64,000 nt of DNA, taken from Antedon mediterranea. Taxonomy: Eukaryota > Animalia > Echinodermata. A model generated the notes under the pieces. It searched no databases. It was not told the DNA's origin and worked only from the letters and a program-made list of their open reading frames with translations. Each line of letters starts with the position of its first letter. The first letter of the stretch is position 1. The stretch spans positions 5,596,422 to 5,660,421 of the forward strand of contig NC_092678.1 in the NCBI RefSeq assembly GCF_964355755.1. The letters run 5' to 3'. A program made the translations under genes and the position numbers. Positions 62,822 through 64,000 of this stretch are shown here, in pieces.

Positions 62822-64000
62822 CCCATTGACCCCTAAGTTTATTTTGCTCCCCTGGGACCCAAAAAGCATATGTCATATAATTAACCCTAACTTTTTTTCT
62901 AAACACAGACATTAAAAAAATTAAAAAACAAAAATAATGCAAAGGACATTTTATTTCCAAATATGTTATCAAATTTGTGTTACAACTTATTTTGGCGGAG
63001 TATGGATTATGCAAATTTTAGAAATATTTTAGGAAAATTATTAAAAATTTGTAATTTATCTTTGACTACCAAATGCACAAAAAGTAATAAATATTTCATA
63101 ATAAAACTCATCTCTTCATCAGAACCTATTTCTTCTCTTCAAAATAAGACCAAACTTGACCATTATGAATGACCGGTTTCGAAATTATGAAGAAATTAGT
63201 AGACTGACTCATCCGACGATGACCATATGGGGCCTAGGCCTATCGGGAGCCGCCCCGAGAGCGTCCTCGCCGCTGTTTGTTCACCGGGAATGTTAAAAAA
63301 ACCATCCCGAAAGCGACTTGGAATTCGCGATTCCCACGCGCACCGGCATCCCTCGGGAGCTTAGTCCGCTGTTTTAGACGTGTAGCTTGCAGAAAATTTG
63401 ACGAAAATGCGTCGAAAACTTATGAAATTAAAACAAGTTTGGTATCAAAATGTTTGTCAAAAGTTATGCTTCAATAAACTGACCTTTGCGCAGAGTTTGA
63501 ACAAATATTTCATGCCCATATTGCATCTGACATGGCAGGGTTCATATTACAATCAAAGGTAAACAATATGGCGCGGCCCTCGTGAGGACATCTTCACGAC
63601 TTTTCTCCGGTAGAAAAATCACATTTTTACATGGAAATATGACGATTTAGACACTGTAACTGATACATAATCTTTATTTATTATACATTTATTGTATACA
63701 AGCTTCAAAATAGTGATTGTTAGAAATAAAGATGGATTTTAGACGATTTTACGTTGTATGTTTAGGCCTAGATTCATTCAACGCGCCTGTCGCGTTTCGA
63801 ACAGCGTGCTTCGAAAAACGGTTATATTTTCGAATTTTATTTTCAAACTAACTTCAACAATTGTTTTTATATATTTAGAAGCATATTTTTAAAAAAAAAG
63901 TTGTGAGTATTTTGTATAATTTGTTGTTACGATTCATGCACAGCAAACTGCGCATGTAAATTCGATTTACTTTTTTTTTGTTGAAAATTTGTTTACAATG
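62822..64000. mobile_element. Possible TTAA-target DNA transposon left end running off the window
   Basis: ttaa|cccattgacccctaag resembles a piggyBac-type terminus and is followed by a CpG-rich non-coding interior; no right TIR seen. Confidence 0.3.

Overview
AT-rich, intron-containing animal genomic DNA, probably from an invertebrate deuterostome (inferred from Deu-domain-like SINEs and gene style). There are three housekeeping genes: the 3' end of a NUBP1/NUBP2-family Fe-S scaffold ATPase (+, 1-2253), a complete 17-exon APPL adaptor gene (-, 10176-23132, about 718 aa, BAR-PH-PTB), and, head-to-head with it, the first three coding exons of RENBP (N-acylglucosamine 2-epimerase; +, 24806-26642). 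No further RENBP exon could be found, so the remaining 37 kb appears to be one large intron. It holds an antisense tandem cluster of single-coding-exon rhodopsin-class GPCRs (3 intact, 2 frameshifted, 3 fragments), two Gmr1-type LTR retrotransposons (integrase before RT), CR1 and L2-like LINE fragments, a decayed DIRS1-like element and several MITEs. Between NUBP and APPL lie a 164-bp repeat that appears to amplify a kinase-catalytic-loop-like exon fragment and a 55-bp satellite. All calls come from manual reading and translation; no searches were run.
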